Assembly: GCA_964422585.1 (NCBI GenBank)
Contig: CAYRBH010000004.1
Location: 886 to 64,885, forward strand
DNA from: an uncultured Gammaproteobacteria bacterium
Lineage (GTDB): Bacteria > Patescibacteriota > Patescibacteriia > UBA1558 > 2-01-FULL-52-15
DNA length: 64,000 bases
Direction of reading: 5' to 3'
Position 1 is the first letter of the stretch; every line of letters begins with the position of its first letter. The notes under the pieces were generated by a model. It saw nothing but the letters and a program-made list of their open reading frames with translations, was not told the origin of the DNA and searched no databases. Made by a program: the position numbers and the translations under genes. Of the stretch, positions 28,775 through 37,294 are shown piece by piece.

Positions 28775-30457
28775 TTAGAATTTGATCTCATAGACATTAA
28801 AAGCAGGCCGTTCCGCATAATCATAGATGATATGCGGTGCGATCTCGGCTCGTTGCAACGCGTCTCCAAGGCTCGCGAGGTAGCGCGCATAGCTGGCCGC
28901 GTTCTCATCAGCAGGCGCCGCGGCATTCTCCATGGTGACCAGCCATACATGCTTCGCGCCTTTCGCTTGCAGATAGGTGAAGATATTATTATTCCATCCT
29001 TCCGCATGCATATTCTGCAAAATGAAGCTTATCGATACGATCGGCCGGTCATAGTAGAATTGATACCTGCGGAAATACCACATTTGGGAAAACCAATCCA
29101 TGCGGCCATCGATGATGATGCTAGTGTCGAAGGTCGGGTCAACGCCTACCTTCGTGTCCGCGAGGCTTATTATCTGTTTTCTCGCTGGCAATGTTCCGTA
29201 GGCAGTAGCACGCAGATATTGATCAAGTTCATAGTAGCCTCGCTTGAAGAAGCGGTCAGCGCCGTAAGCGACGCCGGCAGTTCCTAGCGGCTGCGGCAGC
29301 AGATTAGTGTTCATACTATAGGCAGTCTCAGTGAAACCGACGAGCATCAATATGATAAGGGCCGGAGCTCTGAGATCGAAAGGTTGCCTGCGCAGTTCGA
29401 AGTAAGCTGACCCAAGCAGCAGGGCGAAGAGTGGCAATGAGATCGTCAAGAAACGGGTTTGCGCGCCGCTCACGGCGAACATACCTAAGCTGCAGATGAT
29501 GCCTATGGTGGCTATCGTGGTCAGATTGCTCGCTGTGCGGCGCGCGCTGCTCACTATACCCCAACCGAGAAGCACTGCCAGCAGAAGTACCGTGGGGTAG
29601 GCATTGTTATGCGTGAAGATGCTCCCTATACCCCTGAGGTTCTCTACCAGATTGAGATTGATACCGCGATTCCACAAGGCTTGGTAATCCGCCGTATGCA
29701 TGCCGAGCATCGATGAGATAGCTGCGTCGAAATGCCCCCGAGTCTTGAAGACGAAGACATTGTAGATGATGACTGGCAGCAGCAGCACGATCGCAAGGAG
29801 CCAGGAAAGCCAGAATTTTTTTTGCTTCAGTAGCTTCGTATTCAGCCAGGCTATGCTCAGGAGTATGCAGGGTATGAGGAAGAGCGCGGTATATTTGGTA
29901 AGCAAGGCCAATCCAAGACTTGCCATGAGGGCAAAGCTGTATCGTTTACCTTCGCTTTCCAAGAGGCGCAGCAGGAATGCGATCGCCGCGATGATGCCCA
30001 AGACCTCGATGCCCTCGATATACCCGGTTATGCTCATCCAGACGCTGTAGGATCCTATGCTTAAGAATAATGATCCAACGGTCGCGGATACCGCATCGGT
30101 ACGTCGAAGCAGGATACGCCAGATCATATAGGTACTGATGATGCCCGCGAGTAAGAATGGCATATAGGCCGCGACATCAGTATTTCCAAACACCAGGAAG
30201 AATAGATGCTGCAGCTCGAAGCTCAGCGGCGGATGATCATGAAATGACAATCTCGACCACCACGGTATCATGCCGAACCAGACCAGCGGTGTGGTTTGAT
30301 TGGCGTCAGCAAGATAATCAACTAGTCCCAGTGCCCTGAAACTATTCAGCGCGTGATCGCTCTGTATATCCGTCCCAGCGGTGCCGGCGAATCTGAAAAA
30401 AACACTCAGCAGAATGACAGTAGCAAGCAATACTGCAGTGGTGCGCTTTTTGGTCAT
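28775..30457 (-). CDS. GT-C fold glycosyltransferase, ArnT/PMT (family 39/83)-like
   Basis: The characteristic first-loop motif DHPPL (...FHDHPPLSF) and about 11 TM helices followed by a soluble C-terminal domain. Overlaps the folD start by 4 nt. Confidence 0.65.
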   Translation of the reverse strand: MTKKRTTAVLLATVILLSVFFRFAGTAGTDIQSDHALNSFRALGLVDYLADANQTTPLVWFGMIPWWSRLSFHDHPPLSFELQHLFFLVFGNTDVAAYMPFLLAGIISTYMIWRILLRRTDAVSATVGSLFLSIGSYSVWMSITGYIEGIEVLGIIAAIAFLLRLLESEGKRYSFALMASLGLALLTKYTALFLIPCILLSIAWLNTKLLKQKKFWLSWLLAIVLLLPVIIYNVFVFKTRGHFDAAISSMLGMHTADYQALWNRGINLNLVENLRGIGSIFTHNNAYPTVLLLAVLLGWGIVSSARRTASNLTTIATIGIICSLGMFAVSGAQTRFLTISLPLFALLLGSAYFELRRQPFDLRAPALIILMLVGFTETAYSMNTNLLPQPLGTAGVAYGADRFFKRGYYELDQYLRATAYGTLPARKQIISLADTKVGVDPTFDTSIIIDGRMDWFSQMWYFRRYQFYYDRPIVSISFILQNMHAEGWNNNIFTYLQAKGAKHVWLVTMENAAAPADENAASYARYLASLGDALQRAEIAPHIIYDYAERPAFNVYEIKF

Positions 30458-31314
30458 GCTTTCGGTCTATGGTGGAGCCGCCGTTCACGTGCCAGAATCA
30501 CGGTGTTGAAGAGTAGCATGGCAACGGTCATAGGACCGACACCGCCCGGCACTGGGGTGATGAAAGAGGTTCTGGGAGCGACCGCATCGAAGTCAACATC
30601 GCCAACGGTTTTGCCATCCTTCTTCGAGATACCCACATCGATGATGATGGCACCATCCTTAATCATGCCCGCTATGAGCCACTGGGGCTTGCCGACCGCA
30701 GTGATGATAATGTCGGCCGCTCGCGTCGTTTCTTTCAGGTCAGCCGCGTCAGGATATATGCTGTGGCTTACAATGCCGTTCATCTTCAAGAGCGCCGCGA
30801 GCGGCCGCGAGAACTCGTCGCTCTTACTGATGATGAGCGCTTCTTTGTTCTGATACTGCTTAATGCCGACCGAGGCGAGCAAGGTCCAGATGCCTAAGGG
30901 CAGACCAGGGAGCAGATGCTGTTTTTTGCCAGCGAGCAGGCTCTCTACATTTTTCTTATGGAAACCGTCCACGTCCTTCCGATAATCCATCGCGTCTATG
31001 ATGCGTTGCTGCTCCAGATGTTTCGGCAAGGGGATCTGGATGAGTATCGCGTCTATCTGATCATCATTGTTCAGGAATGCTACTGATGCGAGCACATCTT
31101 TCTCAGCAGCGTTCTCTGGCAATAGGTATTTGTGAAAACCGATACCCGCTTTTTTGCAGGCTTCTTCTTTTAGCTTCACATAGAGATGTGAAGCGGGATC
31201 AGTGCCGACCAGGATAACCGCAAGCTGCGGTTCGAGGTTTTCATCGACTATCGCTTGCGTTAGTTCATCGATGATGACATTCGCCAGCTCTTTGCCATTG
31301 ATGATCTGATACAT
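30454..31314 (-). CDS. folD: Bifunctional methylenetetrahydrofolate dehydrogenase/cyclohydrolase
   Basis: N-terminus MYQIINGKELA, a Rossmann-type motif and 286 aa. Adjacent to glyA. Confidence 0.88.
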   Translation of the reverse strand: MYQIINGKELANVIIDELTQAIVDENLEPQLAVILVGTDPASHLYVKLKEEACKKAGIGFHKYLLPENAAEKDVLASVAFLNNDDQIDAILIQIPLPKHLEQQRIIDAMDYRKDVDGFHKKNVESLLAGKKQHLLPGLPLGIWTLLASVGIKQYQNKEALIISKSDEFSRPLAALLKMNGIVSHSIYPDAADLKETTRAADIIITAVGKPQWLIAGMIKDGAIIIDVGISKKDGKTVGDVDFDAVAPRTSFITPVPGGVGPMTVAMLLFNTVILARERRLHHRPKA

Positions 31315-31316
31315 AG

Positions 31317-32552
31317 CTAGCCAAGTTCAGGATACAGAGGGAATCCTTGCATGAGCTCGCTCACTTTCGAACGATAGGACGCCGCGGTTTCTGGGTTCTT
31401 CAGGATAGCAACGATTAGTTCGCCGAGCACTTTCATTTCTTTTTCTTTCAGACCACGGGTGGTGAGTGCCGGTGTGCCGAGACGGATGCCTGATGGGTCC
31501 ATCGGTTTACGCGTATCGTCGGGGATAGCATTCTTGTTCACGGTGATACCTGCTTCATGCAGGGCGTTCTCCGCGATCTTGCCGGTAGTGCCGAGCGGCG
31601 TGACGTCGAGCAGCAGCAGGTGATTCTCAGTCATGCCATGGCAGATTGTGAGGCCCGCATCCTTGAAGACCATCTCGAGCGCTTTCGCGTTCGCGATGAT
31701 CTGACGAGCATACTCGGTGAATGCCGGCTCTAATGCTTCTTTGAAGGCTACGGCTTTCGCTGCGATATTGTTCTCATGCGGCCCGCCCTGGAAACCAGGG
31801 AATACTGATTTATCTATTGCCTGCGCAAACTGCTCTTTGCACAGTATCATCCCGCCGCGGGGTCCGCGCAGGGTCTTATGCGTTGTCGTTGTTACAATAT
31901 CGAAGATGGCGGTCGGGTTCTGCAATTGCTTGCCGGCTATGAGACCTGCGATATGCGCCATGTCCATCATGGTGATAGCCCCGACTTCATCAGCAATCTC
32001 CTTCAATTTTTTATAATCAAGTTCACGTGAGTAGGCTGAGAATCCAGCAAGCAGGATCTTCGGCTTATGCTCCAAGGCCATTTGCCGCACATTGTCATAG
32101 TCGATGAGACCCGTTTCGACATTTGTCTTATAGCGTACGAAGTTGAATATCTTCGTCATATAGGTGACCGGATGTCCATGCGTAAGATGTCCGCCATGGC
32201 CAAGGTCCATTCCGAGCACGGTGTCACCGGGCTTGAGAAGGGCGAAGTATACGGCGACGTTCGCGGGTGCTCCTGACAGCGGCTGCACATTGACATGTTC
32301 AGCGCCGAAGAGTTGCTTGGCCCGCTCGATCGCGAGCGTTTCTACTTCGTCGATGAACTCGCAGCCGCCATAGTAGCGTTTGCCTGGGTAACCTTCGGAG
32401 TATTTGTTCGTGAGGACGCTCCCCAGCGCTTCGAGTACCGCTAGTGATGCGAAATTCTCTGAGGGTATCATCTCAGCGCCAGTGCGCTGGCGTTCGAGCT
32501 CTTTCAAGATAGAGGCGTTGAGCTCGGGGTCATAGGTGTTGAGTGTAGGCAT
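31317..32552 (-). CDS. glyA: Serine hydroxymethyltransferase
   Basis: SENFASLAVLEALGSVLTNKYSEGYPGKRYYGG and the PLP site TTTTHKTLRGPRGG. Confidence 0.93.
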   Translation of the reverse strand: MPTLNTYDPELNASILKELERQRTGAEMIPSENFASLAVLEALGSVLTNKYSEGYPGKRYYGGCEFIDEVETLAIERAKQLFGAEHVNVQPLSGAPANVAVYFALLKPGDTVLGMDLGHGGHLTHGHPVTYMTKIFNFVRYKTNVETGLIDYDNVRQMALEHKPKILLAGFSAYSRELDYKKLKEIADEVGAITMMDMAHIAGLIAGKQLQNPTAIFDIVTTTTHKTLRGPRGGMILCKEQFAQAIDKSVFPGFQGGPHENNIAAKAVAFKEALEPAFTEYARQIIANAKALEMVFKDAGLTICHGMTENHLLLLDVTPLGTTGKIAENALHEAGITVNKNAIPDDTRKPMDPSGIRLGTPALTTRGLKEKEMKVLGELIVAILKNPETAASYRSKVSELMQGFPLYPELG

Positions 32553-32633
32553 GTAATTAAAAAATAGGAAATAATGAAGCTCTTCGAAGGTGAGTCTTGT
32601 TTATAACATATCACTACCCTACCCGTTTTTGAC

Positions 32634-33266
32634 CTATTTGAAAAGACGCTTACCCTTTCGGTCCCATTCGATGATCTTGCCATAAGCGATCTCGACAGCA
32701 TCGGCTTTGCGTAGACGCTGCAGCACTTGTTTGGGAGCTATCGCCTTATGTGTTGTTCTATCCAGTGCACGTGGAATGAAAAAAAGGTCTTTCTCGGCGG
32801 TCATCCAATTTTTTTGATCGAATTGGCCTAGGTCGAATGGCGCAGAGTAGGATACTAGGGTCTTTCTACCAGTATCAAGGAAATATTCATGAAAGTAGGA
32901 GAGCGCGAGCTCACGCAGCGTTCGGTAGATCGGCTCACGATACCGGAGGACAGCATGATTGGTCTTGCTGAGAGCGCCCCAATGCCCTCGCTGTTTGAAA
33001 AGCGTCACAACATGATCTTGATCGCCACGCGCCGCCTTCAGATCCATCACGATCGGCTGCTGTCCCTGCAGTCGAAGAGCCAGGGCTGCGAGCATAGCTC
33101 CTTCCATGCAATGCGCGCGTCGTTCCCGCAGCACACGACGAGGTGACATACAGGTTTCGCCCTTGAGCTCGAAATTATTCGCGAGTGAATTAAGAAAGTC
33201 CTGAATTTTAGGAGGAGTATTAAGCCTTTTCAGAGCTCCTAACTCTTGAGAGGTAAGGTTGAACAT
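32634..33266 (-). CDS. Putative papain-like/transglutaminase-like cysteine peptidase-fold protein
   Basis: Candidate nucleophile context RRAHCMEGAMLAALALRLQG, with downstream His (GHWG) and Asp candidates. The assignment is by motif resemblance only. Confidence 0.3.
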   Translation of the reverse strand: MFNLTSQELGALKRLNTPPKIQDFLNSLANNFELKGETCMSPRRVLRERRAHCMEGAMLAALALRLQGQQPIVMDLKAARGDQDHVVTLFKQRGHWGALSKTNHAVLRYREPIYRTLRELALSYFHEYFLDTGRKTLVSYSAPFDLGQFDQKNWMTAEKDLFFIPRALDRTTHKAIAPKQVLQRLRKADAVEIAYGKIIEWDRKGKRLFK

Positions 33267-33268
33267 TG

Positions 33269-33658
33269 TTACTCAAAATCTTCAACACAGAAATTATCCT
33301 TTGTCGGATCTACATTTTCTATCTTGTCTACACAGCCAGGAGGAGATGTTGGCCCGTCATTTTTTCGGCATGTGCCAATGATAGGAAGGTGCATGGTATT
33401 CGCTTTGGAGGTCTGACGACGCACATAGCAACCTCCCGCGCATTGTGATGAAGACGTGCAGCTGTTGCCACCGTCAGGATATTTTTTCGCACAGTATGCA
33501 TCTGATCGTGTTGGGCCACCTGTATCTCCTGGGTACCATGTTTTTCCTTGCACGCCACAGTAGAGGTTACCCCAGATATATGATCGAACGCCGCCATATG
33601 CAAAGGTTATAAGAATGGCGACGATGACAATACTACCGTAGGTTTTCCATTTTTTCAT
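33269..33658 (-). CDS. Small membrane-anchored cysteine-rich secreted protein (129 aa)
   Basis: N-terminal TM anchor, then 11 Cys in about 100 aa (CGVQG..CAKK..CTSSSQCAGGCY..CRKN..C..C). Its stop abuts the start of the peptidase-like gene. Confidence 0.45.
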   Translation of the reverse strand: MKKWKTYGSIVIVAILITFAYGGVRSYIWGNLYCGVQGKTWYPGDTGGPTRSDAYCAKKYPDGGNSCTSSSQCAGGCYVRRQTSKANTMHLPIIGTCRKNDGPTSPPGCVDKIENVDPTKDNFCVEDFE

Positions 33659-33767
33659 AAGCGGTATTTTTATTAAATAATTCTACCATATACGAAAAGT
33701 ATACGACATCTCATTTTTCATATCGAAGACTATAGCCTTTTTTTAGTGTACTTGCTATCATGCGACC

Positions 33768-35132
33768 ATGAGTATTTATAAAGCCTACGATATCCGTGGT
33801 ATTTATCCGACTGAATTGAATGAGGACACGGCTTATAAGGTTGGCCGTGCTTTCGCAGAGCTGTTGCGCTCAGAGGAGAAGAATCCCAATGACCTACATG
33901 TCGTGGTCGCTCATGATATGCGTATTTCCGGTCCGGCATTGGTCGAAAAGGCAATTCAAGGTTTGCGTGATGGGGGTTTGAATGTGGTGGATATTGGCTT
34001 GGCATCGACGCCGACCTTTTATTTCGCTATTGCCAAGTATGGCTATGACGGTGGGCTGATGGTTTCAGCTTCTCATAATCCAAAAGAGTATAATGGCTTC
34101 AAGTTGACCCGGGCACGAGCAGTCGCGTTGAGTCGAGACACCGGCATCGCTACGATCGAAGAGATGGTAGCAGCGAATCATTTCAAGGAAGCTCCGCGGC
34201 AGGGGAGTTACCGCGAACAGCAAGGGGTTCTCGAGGATCAGGTTCGCCATGATCTCGCGCATGCGGATATACGGCACATCAAGCCATTGAAGGTGGTCGC
34301 GGATGCAGCTAATGCAATGGGCGCGCTGTATCTCGACGCCCTGTTCAAGCATCTGCCCTGCGAGCTGATCAAGATGAATTTCGAACTGGACGGTACATTT
34401 CCGGCGCATGAGGCTGATCCATTCAAGGATGAGAATATCCATGATCTGAAAAAGCGAGTCGTTGCAGAGAAAGCGGATCTAGGTATTGCGACCGATGGCG
34501 ATGGCGATAGGATCTTCTTCGTGGATAATGCAGGCGAACTTATCGAGCCAGCCATACTGCGCGGCATTATGGCGCGTGTGTTCCTGCGCGAGCGACCGGG
34601 CGCGAAAATAGCTTATGATATACGTCCAGGCCGCATCACGCGCGATATGATAGAAGAGTCTGGTGGTACCCCTATTGTTACGAAGGTTGGACACTCGCTT
34701 ATCAAGGCGCAGGCCGTTGCCGAAGGCGCATATTTTGCCGGCGAATCATCGGGGCATTTCTTCCTCAATATGATGCATGGTTGCTATGAGGTGCCGATGA
34801 TTGTGGCATTGAAGCTGATGCAGGAGCTTTCTGAAAGCGGCAAGACCGCGGCAGAGTATGTGCAGCCGCTACGGCGTTATGCGCATTCAGGTGAGATCAA
34901 TTCCAAAGTGAAGGACGTGAAAGAAGTGCTTGATGCCGTTGCTGCAAAATACGCTGACGCGAAATTGAACATGCTGGATGGCGTCACGGTCGAATATCCT
35001 GAGTATTGGTTCAATGTGCGCGGCTCGAATACTGAACCGCTCATTCGTCTGAACTTGGAAGCACGTGATGAGAAGGTGATGACGGAAAAACGGGACAAGG
35101 TCCTGGCACTGATACGAAGCTATAGCGCTTAG
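33768..35132 (+). CDS. Phosphoglucomutase/phosphomannomutase family protein (possibly phosphoglucosamine mutase)
   Basis: Active-site loop SASHNPKEYNGFKL and metal-binding DGDGDR motif. 454 aa. Confidence 0.85.
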   Translation: MSIYKAYDIRGIYPTELNEDTAYKVGRAFAELLRSEEKNPNDLHVVVAHDMRISGPALVEKAIQGLRDGGLNVVDIGLASTPTFYFAIAKYGYDGGLMVSASHNPKEYNGFKLTRARAVALSRDTGIATIEEMVAANHFKEAPRQGSYREQQGVLEDQVRHDLAHADIRHIKPLKVVADAANAMGALYLDALFKHLPCELIKMNFELDGTFPAHEADPFKDENIHDLKKRVVAEKADLGIATDGDGDRIFFVDNAGELIEPAILRGIMARVFLRERPGAKIAYDIRPGRITRDMIEESGGTPIVTKVGHSLIKAQAVAEGAYFAGESSGHFFLNMMHGCYEVPMIVALKLMQELSESGKTAAEYVQPLRRYAHSGEINSKVKDVKEVLDAVAAKYADAKLNMLDGVTVEYPEYWFNVRGSNTEPLIRLNLEARDEKVMTEKRDKVLALIRSYSA

Positions 35133-35203
35133 CTCACTGAGGCTCACTCTGACGGTAGGTGTTTTAACACCTTGGCCTGTTTTTGGTATACTGAAGCCAG
35201 CAT

Positions 35204-35827
35204 ATGAATGAATTTCCTACATCCATAGAAGCGCCTCAGCCCGCTGAAGAGGGTCTAACCGCGGTTCTCGAGTCCCCGGAAGCGGCCGCTGCTCCTGCTC
35301 AGGAAACAGTGCCTGCTGAACAGCCACGGCTTTCGAGAGAAGAAGTCGCTGACTTTTTGAATGAGGTGGAAGTGTCTGACGGCCCAGCCCTGTCATTGGC
35401 AGAGCAGTGGGCTGCTCAGAAAGCAGGCCAAGAAAGTACACAGACTGCAGCTTCTATCCCAGAGCAGGTGGCAGCTGAAACGCCGGCGATCATGCCTGCG
35501 GAGCTCGCAGCAGTAGGGACTCCTGAAGCAGCTGATGCATCCACGAAATTCGGTTATAGTGATGCAGCGGCCGAACAGTATTTAGCTGAGCATCATATCC
35601 GTATGAATGATGGCACCTGGGAATTGTCTTTTGACATTAATAATGACGGCGTGATAAGTGACCAGGAGCATGTCTGGTCGCTTCCGCATTTGGCCGACTA
35701 TCCACAGAATGTTGTGCGCATTGATGACGGGAATATCGTTATCGATTCTTTCGACATCGAACACAATCTAGTCGCAAGTATTGGGTTTACTCCGACTGGC
35801 GACCAACTCGAACGGGTGAGTGTCTAG
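35204..35827 (+). CDS. Hypothetical protein with an acidic low-complexity N-terminus and one canonical EF-hand loop
   Basis: DINNDGVISDQE matches DxNxDGxIxxxE. Preceded by the promoter TTAACA-17-TATACT at about 35172–35200. Confidence 0.45.
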   Translation: MNEFPTSIEAPQPAEEGLTAVLESPEAAAAPAQETVPAEQPRLSREEVADFLNEVEVSDGPALSLAEQWAAQKAGQESTQTAASIPEQVAAETPAIMPAELAAVGTPEAADASTKFGYSDAAAEQYLAEHHIRMNDGTWELSFDINNDGVISDQEHVWSLPHLADYPQNVVRIDDGNIVIDSFDIEHNLVASIGFTPTGDQLERVSV

Positions 35828-35858
35828 GCCGCGGTAGAACGGTACAAAAAATCTTCTG

Positions 35859-36905
35859 CTAATCTAAGCCCACGAGTTTGCGGACCTCTTTGATATTCTT
35901 CTGCGCTATGCTGCGTGCGCGTTTTGCTCCATCTTTAAGAATCTGTTCAACGACAGCAGGGTGCTTCTCATAGTACGCTTGTTTTTCTTGAATCGGCTTC
36001 AAGAATTGATTGACGCTGTCGGCCAGCTCTTGTTTCAAGGTAGCATAGGACAACTTTTTCAGTTTATATTGCTCGATATACTGATCGTACATGCCTTGCG
36101 GTCCGAAATGTTTGTACAGAGTCAGCAAATTATGCCCGCCGCCCAGCGTCGTATTGTCATTGAGAGAGTCGGTCACGGCTTTTGATATTTTTTTATTTAC
36201 GACTTCCGGATTGTCACGGAGCGCTATGTAGCTCGAAGGTCCGAGTGATTTGCTCATTTTCTTCATGGGGTCATTTAAGGACATGACACGTATATCCTCA
36301 GACAGTATCGGTTCTACCTCTGGAAAGAAGTCGCCGAAACGATTATTGAATTTACGAGCGATGATGCGGGTTAGTTCGAGATGCTGGATTTGATCGTCGC
36401 CCACAGGCACATGGCTCGCTTTATAGAGAAGTATGTCGGCTGCCATGAGCACTGGATACATGAGCATGCCGGCATTGGAGACTTTCTTGTGCTTTTGGAC
36501 CAGGTCTTTGTATTGCGTCATCCGCTCAAGCTCCGGTACTGGTGTAATGCAACTGAATAGCCAGTTCAACTCAGCATGCTCAAGTACATCGGACTGGCGA
36601 AAGAAGGTCGATTTTTTCGGATCTACACCGATCGAAAGCAAATCAACAGCCGCTTCCCAGGTGAGCTTTCTCAGCTCATCGGGGTTCGTAATGGTGGTCA
36701 GCGCATGAAAGTCGACGATCGAGTACATGCAGGTATACTTCGACTGCAGATGCACCCAGTTCTTAAGTGCGCCAAGATAATTGCCCAGATGCAATTCGCC
36801 GGTGGGTTGAACGCCTGAGAAAACAAGGGGTTTCATAGGATTGTATTGTAGCAGTTTATGCTTTTTATTGACAAGTAAGAGTCGAGGTGTTAACGTTTTT
36901 TTCAC
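35859..36905 (-). CDS. trpS: Tryptophan--tRNA ligase
   Basis: VFSGVQPTGELHLGNYLGAL (HIGH-type motif) and KMSKS. 348 aa. Confidence 0.92.
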   Translation of the reverse strand: MKKTLTPRLLLVNKKHKLLQYNPMKPLVFSGVQPTGELHLGNYLGALKNWVHLQSKYTCMYSIVDFHALTTITNPDELRKLTWEAAVDLLSIGVDPKKSTFFRQSDVLEHAELNWLFSCITPVPELERMTQYKDLVQKHKKVSNAGMLMYPVLMAADILLYKASHVPVGDDQIQHLELTRIIARKFNNRFGDFFPEVEPILSEDIRVMSLNDPMKKMSKSLGPSSYIALRDNPEVVNKKISKAVTDSLNDNTTLGGGHNLLTLYKHFGPQGMYDQYIEQYKLKKLSYATLKQELADSVNQFLKPIQEKQAYYEKHPAVVEQILKDGAKRARSIAQKNIKEVRKLVGLD

Positions 36906-36966
36906 GAAAGCTTGATGAACTCGGGCTCTTCGCAGCTCTTTAAGACAACAAAGAAGGGGGCGCTGG

Positions 36967-37224
36967 ATGTATATTGTTTGGGTTGCTGATCAAACGAGAG
37001 GTAGGAACGTACAGCGTGGCTGCTATGGGTACTATCCGTCATTTCGGGATCTGGTGCGCCTGCTCAAGGAGAAGGGTTGGACGCGGATGACTGACGACAA
37101 GCACTATCGTCTCGAACGCAGGGTCGGCCGCAAGAAACGACGGCGAACACAAGTCCTTCATGCCAGCATCGTGAAGATCAGGGCCCCACGCAAAGGCCAT
37201 CAGATCCCCGCCAAGCGGGCCTAA
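36967..37224 (+). CDS. Small basic protein, possible HicA (YcfA)-like fold
   Basis: RDLVRLLKEKGWTRMTDDKHYRLER resembles the HicA core (lle..GW...r..gsH). No hicB partner is seen. Arg/Lys-rich C-tail. Confidence 0.25.
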   Translation: MYIVWVADQTRGRNVQRGCYGYYPSFRDLVRLLKEKGWTRMTDDKHYRLERRVGRKKRRRTQVLHASIVKIRAPRKGHQIPAKRA

Positions 37225-37243
37225 TCACTCAAACAACTCCAAA

Positions 37244-37276
37244 CAAGAGACTCACAGCATGCTGTGAGTCTTGTTC
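37244..37276. terminator. Bidirectional hairpin (perfect palindrome ctcacagcatgctgtgag with extended arms) between the HicA-like ORF and rnj
   Basis: Palindrome visible in the sequence. T-rich flanks are present on both strands. Confidence 0.5.
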
Positions 37277-37294
37277 GTTGTTAGGATATACCTT

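Noticed and set aside
28688-29287. 199-aa plus-strand ORF overlapping the GT-C glycosyltransferase gene
   Set aside because: Antisense to a gene with the clear DHPPL motif and TM topology; no features of its own.
33730-34005. 91-aa minus-strand ORF overlapping the start of the PGM/PMM gene
   Set aside because: Overlaps a confident CDS in antisense; His/Pro/Tyr-rich junk.
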